Positions 8,432 through 17,900 of a stretch of DNA of 64,000 nucleotides are shown piece after piece. This stretch comes from an uncultured Burkholderiales bacterium. Lineage in GTDB: Bacteria; Actinomycetota; Acidimicrobiia; IMCC26256; JACPCJ01. A model generated the notes under the pieces. That model was not told where the DNA came from. It did not search any database and saw only the letters and a list, made by a program, of their open reading frames with translations. The translations under genes and the position numbers were made by a program. The number at the start of each line of letters is the position of its first letter. The stretch's first letter is position 1. The DNA is taken from assembly GCA_964615175.1 (NCBI GenBank), contig CAZTOV010000001.1:42439-106438 (forward strand). The letters run 5' to 3'.

Positions 8432-10705
8432 ATGAGGGCCCGGACGCTGATCAAAGCGGGCGCGGTCGTGGCCGTGGTCGGCGCCGGGATCGCGATGCCG
8501 TTCTCCACCCTCGGCACCGTGAACCTGGCGCTGATCAACACCCTGGTGGCCGTGTCGCTGGTGGTGCTGACCGGCTGGGTCGGTCAGATCAGCCTGGCGC
8601 AGGCAGCGTTCGTGGGGATCGGCGCGTTCTCGACCGCGGTGATGGTGCGGTCGTTCGGGCTGGCGTTCCCCCTCACGATCGCGGTCGGCGCGATCGTGGC
8701 GATGATCAGCGCCGCGCTCCTCGGCATGGTCGCACTGCGCGTGCGGGGCCTCTACCTGGCGGTGGCGACCCTGATCTTCGCCTGGATGGCGCAGGGCTAC
8801 CTGTTCAACCTCCCCGAGCTGGCGGGCGTGGGAGGCGCGTCGACGGCCGTCACGCCGGCGCTGGGGGAGGAGGGGACCGTCCCCTACCTCGACTTCACCG
8901 AACGCCGCACCTTCTACTTCGTGATGCTGGCGGCGGTCGGGGCCTCGCTGCTCGCGATGGCGAACCTGCGCGACTCGAAGACCGGCCGGTCGTACTTCGC
9001 GGTGAAGGGCTCGGAGATCGCGGCGGCGAGCCTGGGCATCAACGTCACCCGCTCGAAGCTCTCGGCGTTCGCGGTGTCGGGGTTCCTCGCCGGGCTGGCC
9101 GGCTCGCTGCTGATGACCCACGAGAGCGTCGCCTCCGCGGGCCAGTTCACCGTGGAGCGCTCGCTCTTCTACCTGTCGGTGGCGGTGGTCGGCGGGCTCA
9201 CCAGCCTCGGCGGCGCGCTCGCGTCGGGGACGCTGTTCGCCTCGCTGGAGGAGCTGTTCTTCCGGGTCGACGCGCTCGCCGGCTTCCTGCTCGTCGTCTC
9301 GGCCACGCTCTTGGCCGCGGTGCTGTTGTTCTTCCCCGCGGGGCTTGCGGGCCTCCCGGCCCGCCTCAGCGGGATCGCCGCCCGGGTCGTGGCCCTGCCG
9401 CCGGTCCAGCGCCTCCGCGCCGCCTTCGCCGGCCGGCTGCCCGAATCCGTCGACGACACCGACGACACCGACGACCCCGACTCGAGTCCGGCGGACGCGG
9501 AGACGGAGGAAAGCGCGAGCGCGGACGACGAGGGCGACACCGAGGGCTCGGAAGAGCCCGTCGAAGCCGTGGCGGTCGACGCCGACGGTCAGGGACCGAA
9601 GGACGCGGTGGCCCGCGGCCTCGCCGCCGTGCGGTCGAGCCTGCGGAAGGCCCTGCCGGGATCCCGCCGTGATGGCGGTGGCGTGGGCCCGGGCGCCCCC
9701 GACCGCCTGCTCGACACCATCGCCGAGGAGGAGGACCGCCTCGCCGCCGAGGCCGAAGCCCGCGCCGAGGGCCCGGGCGGGTTGGTGTACGTGCCGGGCC
9801 AGGCGAAGAAGGTGCGCCTCCCCGCCCGGGCGAAGCGCGCCCCCATCCTGGCGGCGTCCGACATCACCGTGCGGTTCGGCGGGCTCACCGCGGTCGACTC
9901 GTTCGACCTCGAGGTCAGGGAGGGTGAGATCACCGCGCTGATCGGGCCGAACGGCGCGGGGAAGACCACCCTGTTCAACGCCGTCTCGGGCCTCAACCAG
10001 CCCACCTCGGGCTCGGTGGAGCTGTTCGGGGAGGACATCTCGACCTACCCGGTCCACATGCGAGCCCGGTTGGGGATGGGCCGCACCTTCCAGGTGCTCC
10101 AACTCTTCCCCGAGCTGTCGGTGTTCGAGAACCTGATGGTCGCCACCCACCAGCGCAACCCCACCGGGTTCTTCGCCCACCTGGCGGCGTCGTCGTCGGC
10201 GGTGGGCTGGGAGACCGCGTCGCGGGCGCGGGTCCGGCAGGTCGTCGAGCTGATGGGGCTCGAGGAAGAGGCCCATCGACCCGTCGCCGGACTCCCCTTC
10301 GGGCGCCTCCGCCTCGTCGAGCTGGCCCGGGCGCTCGTGACCGGCTCGCCGTTCCTGATGCTCGACGAGCCCGCCTCCGGCCTCGACAACGCCGAGACCG
10401 ACGCGTTCATGGACCTGCTGTTGTGGGTCCGCGAGCGCCTGGGGGTCACGATGCTGCTGATCGAGCACGACATGCGGGTCGTCATGGGCCTCGCCGACTA
10501 CGCGTACGTCATCGACCGGGGCAACAAGATCGCCGAGGGAACCACCAAGCACATCCAGAAGAACAAGGCCGTCATTGCCGCCTACCTGGGCACCGCCACG
10601 AGCGACGACGACGACGGCGGCGACGCCGAGGTGGAGGCCGCGGGAGACGACGGCGCAGACACAACCGGGCGGCGCGAGCGCGCCCGGACGGGGGCGAGGG
10701 CATGA
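8432..10705 (+). CDS. Fused LivM-like permease / LivG-like ATPase with ~140-aa acidic linker
   Basis: The N-terminal ~320 aa are polytopic (LTGWVGQISLAQAAFVGIGAF). The linker is rich in D/E/T (DDTDDTDDPDSSPADAETEESASADDEGDTEGSEE). The C-terminal half is an ABC ATPase with Walker A GPNGAGKTT, LSGG-like region and Walker B LLMLDEPASGL. Confidence 0.85.
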   Translation: MRARTLIKAGAVVAVVGAGIAMPFSTLGTVNLALINTLVAVSLVVLTGWVGQISLAQAAFVGIGAFSTAVMVRSFGLAFPLTIAVGAIVAMISAALLGMVALRVRGLYLAVATLIFAWMAQGYLFNLPELAGVGGASTAVTPALGEEGTVPYLDFTERRTFYFVMLAAVGASLLAMANLRDSKTGRSYFAVKGSEIAAASLGINVTRSKLSAFAVSGFLAGLAGSLLMTHESVASAGQFTVERSLFYLSVAVVGGLTSLGGALASGTLFASLEELFFRVDALAGFLLVVSATLLAAVLLFFPAGLAGLPARLSGIAARVVALPPVQRLRAAFAGRLPESVDDTDDTDDPDSSPADAETEESASADDEGDTEGSEEPVEAVAVDADGQGPKDAVARGLAAVRSSLRKALPGSRRDGGGVGPGAPDRLLDTIAEEEDRLAAEAEARAEGPGGLVYVPGQAKKVRLPARAKRAPILAASDITVRFGGLTAVDSFDLEVREGEITALIGPNGAGKTTLFNAVSGLNQPTSGSVELFGEDISTYPVHMRARLGMGRTFQVLQLFPELSVFENLMVATHQRNPTGFFAHLAASSSAVGWETASRARVRQVVELMGLEEEAHRPVAGLPFGRLRLVELARALVTGSPFLMLDEPASGLDNAETDAFMDLLLWVRERLGVTMLLIEHDMRVVMGLADYAYVIDRGNKIAEGTTKHIQKNKAVIAAYLGTATSDDDDGGDAEVEAAGDDGADTTGRRERARTGARA

Positions 10706-11481
10706 GCATCCTCGAGGTCAAGGACATCGACGTCCACTACGGGCAGATCCAGGCGCTCTTCGGCCTCTCGCTGCACGTCGAGGAGGGGGAGAAGGTCGCG
10801 CTGGTCGGGACCAACGGTGCGGGGAAGACCACCACGCTGCGCACGATCTCGGGCCTGTTGACCCCCACCCGGGGCGAGGTCTGGTTCGACGGCGAGCGCA
10901 TCGACGGGCTTCCCGCCTTCGAGGTCATCGAGCGCGGGCTCGCCCACCTGCCCGAAGGCCGAGAGCTGTTCGCCGACCTCTCCGTGCTCGACAACCTGCG
11001 CCTCGGCCACTGGACGCATCGCAAGGAGCGCTTCAAGGACAAGGCCGACGAGGTCATGGACCACTTCGCGATCCTCCGCGAGCGCGCGCACCAGGACGCC
11101 GGCACCCTCTCGGGCGGTGAGCAGCAGATGCTCGCGGTGGCGAGGGCGCTGATGTCGTCGCCGCGGATGCTGGTGGTCGACGAGCTGTCGCTCGGGCTCG
11201 CGCCCAAGATCGTGGCCCAGCTCTTCGACATCCTCGAGACCATCAACGAGGCGGGCACCTCGGTGATGATCGTCGAGCAGTTCGTGCATATGGCCCTCGA
11301 GCACACGGACCGCGCGTTCGCGCTCGCCAAGGGCGACGTCGTCCTCGAGGGCCGCTCCGAGCAGCTCGTCGACTCCCCCGAGCTGATGGAGGTGTACCTC
11401 GGCGAGGGCGGAGGCGACGCCGTTGCCGGCTCCGCCAACGGGAAGGCGAAGCAATCCGGCGGGAAGACGGCCAAGCGATGA
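10702..11481 (+). CDS. LivF-like ABC transporter ATP-binding protein
   Basis: ATG 10702 overlaps the upstream stop (ATGA). Walker A GTNGAGKTT, signature LSGGEQQML and Walker B MLVVDELSLGL are present. Confidence 0.9.
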   Translation: MSILEVKDIDVHYGQIQALFGLSLHVEEGEKVALVGTNGAGKTTTLRTISGLLTPTRGEVWFDGERIDGLPAFEVIERGLAHLPEGRELFADLSVLDNLRLGHWTHRKERFKDKADEVMDHFAILRERAHQDAGTLSGGEQQMLAVARALMSSPRMLVVDELSLGLAPKIVAQLFDILETINEAGTSVMIVEQFVHMALEHTDRAFALAKGDVVLEGRSEQLVDSPELMEVYLGEGGGDAVAGSANGKAKQSGGKTAKR

Positions 11482-12059
11482 TCGGGACGCTCGCGGTGGG
11501 GTCCAGGAGGCGGCCCCGCACCCGCGGCTTCCGCCTCGGACTCGTCGCCGGCCTCGCCCTCCCCCTGGTGCTGTTGGGCGCGTCGCTGATCGGCGGGAAC
11601 AGCTCGACCACCGACGCGCCGACCGCCGACCTCGCGGCCGAACGCCAGGCGCTGACCGACTTCGAGGACGAGCTGTCCCCCCTGGTCGAGCGGGGCGCCG
11701 CCACGGTGGTGTACGGCATGCGCCCCGGGGTCACCGACATCCACCAGAACGGTCTCGACGACGCCACCCTGGTCACGATGGCCTCCGGCTGGGTGGAGAC
11801 CATGGAAGGCATCCGCGACGACTTCGCCGAGATCGCACCACCGTCGTTCCTGGCAGAGGCCGCCTCGCTGTACACCGACGCCTTCGACGCCTACGCCGAG
11901 ACCGCCCGCTCCCTCCTCGCCGCCGCCGAAGCGTCAGGCGAGGAGCGCCAAGAACACGTGACGCACGCCGGGGAGGCGGGGAATCGAGCCGACGCCCTCT
12001 ACGACGCCGCCCAGGCCGACCTCGCACGCCACCGATCCCGCGTGGGGCTCGGCTCCTAG
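11478..12059 (+). CDS. Hypothetical membrane-anchored protein (operon-terminal)
   Basis: ATGA overlap with the livF-like stop. One N-terminal TM (LGLVAGLALPLVLLGASLIGG) followed by a helical domain. Its last 10 codons survive in the deletion scar at 20512-20568. Confidence 0.6.
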   Translation: MIGTLAVGSRRRPRTRGFRLGLVAGLALPLVLLGASLIGGNSSTTDAPTADLAAERQALTDFEDELSPLVERGAATVVYGMRPGVTDIHQNGLDDATLVTMASGWVETMEGIRDDFAEIAPPSFLAEAASLYTDAFDAYAETARSLLAAAEASGEERQEHVTHAGEAGNRADALYDAAQADLARHRSRVGLGS

Positions 12060-12060
12060 C

Positions 12061-13080
12061 TGTAGATCCCAGGGACGTTGGTCAGTCGGCTGGGAGCCGG
12101 CTGTCGGGCGCCTTGTGACCGAGGGAGCTGTGTGGTCGCTGTTGGTTGTAGTACGTGAGCCAGGTGGGGAGCACGTCTTTGCGGTGTTCTGAGCTGGTGT
12201 AGGCGGCGGCGTAGGCCCATTCGCGCAGCAGGGTTTGGATGAACCGTTCGGCTTTGCCGTTGGTGCGGGGCCGGTAGGGGCGGGTGCGGAGATGACGGAT
12301 CCGATGCTTTGTGCACCAGCGGGCCCAGGCTTTGGAGACGTAGCACCCGCCGTTGTCGCTCATGACCCGCTGGACGGTCACGCCGCGTTCGGCGAACCAG
12401 GCGACGGCTCGCTCGAGGAACCCGACAGCGGTGGCGGCCCGCTCGTCGTCGAGGACCTCGACGTAGGCGAGTCGGGAGCAGTCGTCGACACAGACGTGCA
12501 CGAACTCCCAGCCCGCTCGCGTTGAGCGCACCCGACGGTTGCCGGTGACCCGGTGGCCGGGCACCCGGATCCTCCCGAGCTTCTTGACGTCCACATGAAC
12601 GAGTTCGCCGGGATGCCGACGGCAGTAACGGTTCGGCGGCTCAGGCGGCTCAAGCTTGGAGAGACGGTTGAGGCCGAGGCGGGCGAGGACCACACCCACC
12701 GTCGAGACCGCCATCCCCAACTCGGCAGCGATCCTCGTCGAGGTGAACCGCAGCCGCCGCAGCTTCTCGATCACCTTCTCGACAGCCTTCGGGGTCCGGT
12801 TCGGCACCGAATGCGGTGCTGAGGAGCGGTCCTCCATCGACTCGCCCGCGTCGTAACGCGCCAACCAACGATGCGCCGTCCGAGGGGAACAGCCGGCCGC
12901 CGTCGCGGCGACCTGGACCGTCCAGTCCTCCTCACGCACCCGTCGGCACATGAGGTCTCGCTGGAACGGGGTCAAACGAGCATTAGCGTGCAGCTTCACG
13001 GGTCCTCCTTGAGGTGAGGGTGGTATCAGCACCCCCGAGTCTCAAGGAGGCCCGTGTGAACAACGTGGATGGGATCTACA
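12061..13080 (-). mobile_element. IS481-family insertion sequence (1020 bp) with 6-bp target-site duplication CCTAGC
   Basis: Imperfect terminal inverted repeats: TGTAGATCCCAGGGACGTTGGTCAG at 12061, and its reverse complement TGTAGATCCCATCCACGTTGTTCAC ending at 13080. Direct repeat CCTAGC at 12055-12060 and 13081-13086. A single DDE transposase ORF lies inside. Confidence 0.88.
12082..12999 (-). CDS. IS481-family DDE transposase (HTH + rve integrase core)
   Basis: Typical N-terminus VKLHANARLTPFQRDLM. Integrase-core motifs are HVDVKKLG, VCVDDCSRLAY, SDNGGCY and RPYRPRTNGKAERF. AAGGAGGA lies 3 nt before the GTG at 12999. The ORF-track start at 13032 is also possible. Confidence 0.9.
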   Translation of the reverse strand: MKLHANARLTPFQRDLMCRRVREEDWTVQVAATAAGCSPRTAHRWLARYDAGESMEDRSSAPHSVPNRTPKAVEKVIEKLRRLRFTSTRIAAELGMAVSTVGVVLARLGLNRLSKLEPPEPPNRYCRRHPGELVHVDVKKLGRIRVPGHRVTGNRRVRSTRAGWEFVHVCVDDCSRLAYVEVLDDERAATAVGFLERAVAWFAERGVTVQRVMSDNGGCYVSKAWARWCTKHRIRHLRTRPYRPRTNGKAERFIQTLLREWAYAAAYTSSEHRKDVLPTWLTYYNQQRPHSSLGHKAPDSRLPAD

Positions 13081-13107
13081 CCTAGCTGCCCCCCGGGCGC
13101 GGCACCG

Positions 13108-13533
13108 ATGCCCAGGAGCGGGTCCACCCTCCCCGAGGCCCTCGCGTGCCTCAGAGCCGTGCTCGCGGTCGTCGGCCTGCCGATGACCGGCGGCGAGCCA
13201 GTTGACAACGCGAACGCTACGGGCGGCACCGGCCCACTCGACGTAATCACACTCACGACCAGCTCGAGAATTTCATCGTCGGGTGTGACCCCGTGAGCGC
13301 TGAAGGATAGGGCGATCGCTCTGGCCATGTACGCGGTCAACGCCGCCGGTGGGACCGACGGCACTGCCGATAGCGCCTTCGCCGTAGACGCGGGGCCCCG
13401 AGTCGAGTTGCCCTTCTCCTGCTGTTGCGGTCACGCGAGGTGTTCGGGTAACGCGCGCAGAGTGCGTGGGGCGCGGGGAGAATTGGTGTCGCTCACCCGG
13501 TTGGGGGATGGACCGCGGCGAGATGCTTTCTAG
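13108..13533 (+). pseudogene. Chimeric pseudogene: signal-peptide region paralogous to 20587 gene fused to fragment paralogous to 13620 gene, with in-frame TGA
   Basis: The first ~35 codons (MPRSGSTLPEALACLRAVLAVVGLPMTGG) parallel MIRRRPTLPQALGCLGVVLAVVGLPVPGG of the 20587 gene. The rest (DNANATGGTG ... YAVNAAGGTDGTADSAF) parallels DNANGNGGVG ... YAVAAAGGTDGNADSAP of the 13620 gene. An in-frame stop at 13294-13296 splits it into two ORFs in the same frame. Confidence 0.55.
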
Positions 13534-13619
13534 CGTCCGCAGGGACCACGGCTGATTGTCGTTCTCTCGTGTTGCAGCAGGCCGGTCGTGGGATACGGAA
13601 GCGACCAAGGAGGAACGAC

Positions 13620-14567
13620 GTGAGACGGAGACTGTCTCTCGTAATCGCGTTCATCGGTGTGCTCGGCCTCGTCGGCTTTGCACCCACCGCAGACGCGGCC
13701 CACGACATCAAGACCAAGGACGGCGAGCACGAGTCGTCGCCTCGCCCACCGGCTCCGCCGACAGACCTTGACGGCGTCTGTGAGGTGGCAGGGCAGGTCT
13801 TCATCGACAACGCCAACGGCAACGGTGGCGTCGGCTCGGCGGAGTTGGGTGACGTCAACCACAACCACTACGAGTTCGAGGAGGTCTCGATCAGCTGCGA
13901 GCCGACGAGTCCGGACGGACTGGCATTCGGTCCGGCCGCATATGCGGTGGCTGCTGCCGGCGGGACCGACGGCAATGCCGATAGCGCTCCGGATATGGGT
14001 ACGACGACTCACGGTGAAGATGTGACGGTTGGTTGGAGTCATCAGAGTTGCTACGACGACGAGCAGCCGCAAGGTAAGGACAATTGTGACTTCTCGAACT
14101 CTAAGGTCGATGATCTCTACGACGGGACCAACGAGAACCCGCCGGGTTCGGGCAAGTGCTCGAACTGCGGGGAGATCGAAGTTCGAGAGGTTGCAGGTGC
14201 CCGCCAGTCGCTTTCGACCGAGAACTGGGTGAAGTTCTGCCGGGGCGACTACCTGGACTCGCAAGCGGGTGGTGACGCTGCCGGCGGTACGTGCAGCAAC
14301 CTTGACAACAACGCCGGCGGCGGGTTCCCCGTCAAGGCGCTCGATGGTGGTGACGTGATCGCGTGGGGTGTCTTGAAGGACTGGGTAGGTACCGGAACAA
14401 CTCAGGACCTGTGCTTCCTCACCGAGCTGACCTTCGAGACCTTGATCGACAACATGAATGGGCTCAAGTTCCGCCACGCGCTCCTCGAGGGCGCTGCGGT
14501 GGTATGGACGACGCCTGACGGCGACAAGTCCAGTTGCACCGGCCAGAAGGGGAAGAAGACATCCTGA
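13620..14567 (+). CDS. Secreted cysteine-containing protein of unknown function
   Basis: AAGGAGGA lies 5 nt upstream of the GTG at 13620. Signal peptide VRRRLSLVIAFIGVLGLVGFAPTADA|AHD. The mature part is rich in G/D/N/C with no family motif I recognise. Confidence 0.7.
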   Translation: MRRRLSLVIAFIGVLGLVGFAPTADAAHDIKTKDGEHESSPRPPAPPTDLDGVCEVAGQVFIDNANGNGGVGSAELGDVNHNHYEFEEVSISCEPTSPDGLAFGPAAYAVAAAGGTDGNADSAPDMGTTTHGEDVTVGWSHQSCYDDEQPQGKDNCDFSNSKVDDLYDGTNENPPGSGKCSNCGEIEVREVAGARQSLSTENWVKFCRGDYLDSQAGGDAAGGTCSNLDNNAGGGFPVKALDGGDVIAWGVLKDWVGTGTTQDLCFLTELTFETLIDNMNGLKFRHALLEGAAVVWTTPDGDKSSCTGQKGKKTS

Positions 14568-14651
14568 TCTTCCCAAGTTGAGTCTCGTGACAAAGTCGAG
14601 ACTCCAACATGCGTGACGCGACTCCTTGTCGCAGCCATGCTTCAGCGAGTT

Positions 14652-14689
14652 CGGGGTGGGGCCGGTCAAACTTGACCGGCCCCACCCCG
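14652..14689. terminator. Perfect 18-bp-arm GC-rich hairpin (possible bidirectional terminator / duplication boundary)
   Basis: CGGGGTGGGGCCGGTCAA-AC-TTGACCGGCCCCACCCCG. It lies 85 nt after the stop at 14567 and just before homology with the left end of the window begins (~14700). A weaker 8-bp hairpin is at 14580-14604. Confidence 0.45.
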
Positions 14690-14796
14690 CGTTGTCGGAT
14701 CCGCCCTGACCTCCGGCGTGTCGGTGTGCGCGAATTGCCGTTCATGACACAAGTCAGGACGGAGTGGCCTCCATTTCAAAGGAAAAGTTGTTGTGG

Positions 14797-14832
14797 CGCG
14801 ACTCGTCACCATCGCTCGTTCGTGTACCTGGT
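14797..14832 (+). promoter_or_regulatory. Bipartite motif copy 2 (GCGACTCG-N15-CGTGTACCTGG) upstream of giant surface protein gene B
   Basis: Box1 at 14798-14805 and box2 at 14821-14831. It is part of the duplicated upstream region, which also conserves the AT-rich tract CATTTCAAAGGAAAAGTTGTTGTGG. Confidence 0.5.
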
Positions 14833-14933
14833 GTGGACCGAGAGATTCGACTCGTGGTGCAGGGTGGGTGCTTCTCGCCGAACCTGCCACCGCCAGCAGG
14901 TGACCGCGGTGGCCGCGAGTGTCTAGTGAGCGA

Positions 14934-17900
14934 ATGGTCCTGACAGGCGGTAGCTACCGCAGCCCGAAGCGGCCTGTGACCCTCATGGCTGCCGTGCTCG
15001 CGGCGCTCATGGTGCCGGCTGCGCCCCTTCCTGGGCAGGAGCGCCAGCCCGTTGCGCAGGCCCAGAGCAGCGAGGACGCGCCGGAGGCGGTCTGGCGGGC
15101 CATGCGGCGGGACTGGCTGACCGGCTGGGACCAGGATCCCGACAACCCCGTTCTCACCTCCGGGCAATTCACCGACATCGCGTTTCCGAGCGCCACCGTC
15201 GGTTTCGCCACGCGCCACAAGACGGGCACGACGGGTGACCGCCTCCTGAGGACAGGTGACGGGGGGTCGACGTGGGTCGGTCTTCCCCAGGCGAAGAGCT
15301 TCGAGCAGGAGAATGCCCACGGAGTCGCGTTCTCGGACGAGGACCGCGGGGTGGTGGTGGGCGCGACGGGTGTGGTCACCACGACGGCCGACAGCGGTGC
15401 GTCGTGGACTCCGGGGCAGACTCCCTCGGGGACTCCGGATCTCAACGGCGTTGCCTATGCGAGTCCCGAGGTCGTCGTGGCCGTGGGCGACGACCACACG
15501 GTCCTGCGAAGTGGCGACGGGGGCGCGTCGTGGGAGGAGATCCGGCACGACGCGACGGCGCCCGACCTGTTGCGGGTGGCGTTCGCGCCCGGCGCTGCCG
15601 GGACCGGCGTGGCCGTCGGCGACGAGGGTGAGATGTTGTGGACGGGTGACGCCGGGCTTACGTGGACTGAGGTGGAGAGCGGGGTCGAGACGGCGCTTCG
15701 CGACGTGGCCTTCTTCCCGACCGATCCGGACGGCGCGGATCTCGGGGTCGCGGTGGGCGACGACGGCGTGATCCTGCGGACGACCGACGGGGGCGAGAGC
15801 TGGACTGGGGAGGGCGTGCGGACGACGTTCGACGAGGTGGAACGTGACGAGCGACCCGGTTTCCTCGGGGTGGCGCTGAGCGACACGGCCGACGAGGAGG
15901 CGCCTCGGGTCGGCTACGTGGTAGGCGAGCGGCTCACCGTCCTCGAGATGCGCGATCAGGAGGGGTCCCGCTGGGCGCCGGCCCCGGTCGACGCACGGGC
16001 GCTTACCAAGACGATGGCCTTGAGCGGGTTGGCTTTGGCGGGGAATCCGACGGAGCATCTCACCTCGGTGGCGATCGGGCTAGCCGACACGCAGGAAGGC
16101 GAGCCGACTGCCGTCACGGTGGGCAACGTCGGGGCTGTGGTCAAGCGGACGCCGCTCGACGACAGCCAGCAGCTCATCGATGACAGGTGGTGGAGATGCG
16201 CGCCCGACGCTGCGGCCGGGCAGGCCGAAGAAGCTCCCGAAGCGGCGCGATGCGATGAAGGGGAGATGCCCATTCCACGCGCAGAAGAGGGGACTGGGCC
16301 GACTCCGGCCGGCGAATGCACGTTCGCGCCGGGCCAAACCGGCGATGAGCAGTTGCCTTGCGTGGCGACCTGGCAACCCCGTAACGAGGACGGCGAGGTT
16401 CCTGACTCCGACGATGGTCGGTTTGCGCAAGATCATCGCCAGCAGATGTTCGTCGACGAGAACTTCGACGAGGGGCGGCGGGTCGTGCTCCTGCGACAGA
16501 CCGGCTCGACCGATGCCATTCGCGTGTTTCTCTTCGATCCGGACAAGCTGGTGCAGCGGGGCGTGGACGGGTTCGGCAACGGTGAGGAAGCAGCGTTCGC
16601 CGGTTCCAGCTTCTTCGGCTTCGAGACCGGGGTGGTCAACCTGTCGCACATCAAGACCCGGTCGGGGCGGGGGATCCCGTCGCTGACCGACGTCAGGTTG
16701 AGCGCGTACGACCCGGGCAACCACCGCCTGTTCATGGCTACCAGCAACACGTGCCGGGGGATTGACGGGTGTCAAGTCGATCCGGCTATCACGTCGATGA
16801 GCATCACCGGCGAGTTCGAGCCGGCGGTGACCACGGTGTCGAGAGTCGATCAAGGCGCGCGTACAAACCTCACGATTCAGAGCGTCGCCTTCGACGCCGA
16901 GCGCGAGATGTTGTACGTCGTCACCGAGACGAGCCCGTATCAAGATCAGTTCAATGTCTTTCCGCACGTCCCGCAAGAAGGGTTCACGACCGTGCAGGTC
17001 ACGCTGCACGCGTTCGATGCGGGGGACGATCCGGCGACGCCCGAGGTCGACGAGAGCGAGGACGGTGGTCTCGTGCACCGGTGGTCGGTGCCGGTGGAGG
17101 ACCGTGGGTGCCGGACCACGTTCAACCTGCCGGGCTTGGGGGTGAGCCACGACGGCGATTCCATCGCCTTCGCGTGCCAGGGATACTCGACGCCGTATTT
17201 CATGAACCCGCCGTTCGAGCCCCACAAGATCGTCAACGTGCAGCTCGACTTTCGGGGCCAACGCCACCCGCGAGAGCTGCGTCCGAACCTGCCCGGAGAC
17301 GTGACGATCGACGTCGAGCCAATCGGCGGGGGGCTCGGCTTCGTAGAGGGCCCCCCGTTTTTCACGCACGTGATCCCGGAACGCGAGCTGCTGGTGTGGA
17401 ACCAGCCAAACAGCGGGGCCACGCTCTACGACTACGGGGTCGGCGGCTGGATCGGCTCGGTGCCGGCGCCCCATATCCAGCAGATGGAGGGCGACGCGAG
17501 GACGGGTCGCCTGTACGCGTCGTGCATCAAATGTCTTCAGAACAGCGAGGGAAACCGCACGGATCGGGGCCTGGTCATGGCCGACACGGTCAACCTTCCG
17601 GTCGACGACCTGGCCGCCGAGGCGTTGCCCAAACCGCATCTGAACCATCCCAGCCAAGACGGCAAGGTCTCGACAGCGATGGCGGTGGTGAGCCCGCCCT
17701 CGGGTGAGTCAGGCTCGCCGAGAGTGGTGGCCGTGGACCACTCGGAGCCATCGGTGCACGTCTACGAGGACGCGGTGCCGCCGGCGCAGCTCCTCGAGAG
17801 CCCCGACCCCGACGCGGCCACCCGCGACATCGACGAAGCGGAGGCGTCGTCGGTGACGCGGATCGGCCGGGCGTCGGGGTACGGCGCTCGGCTGTGGTGG

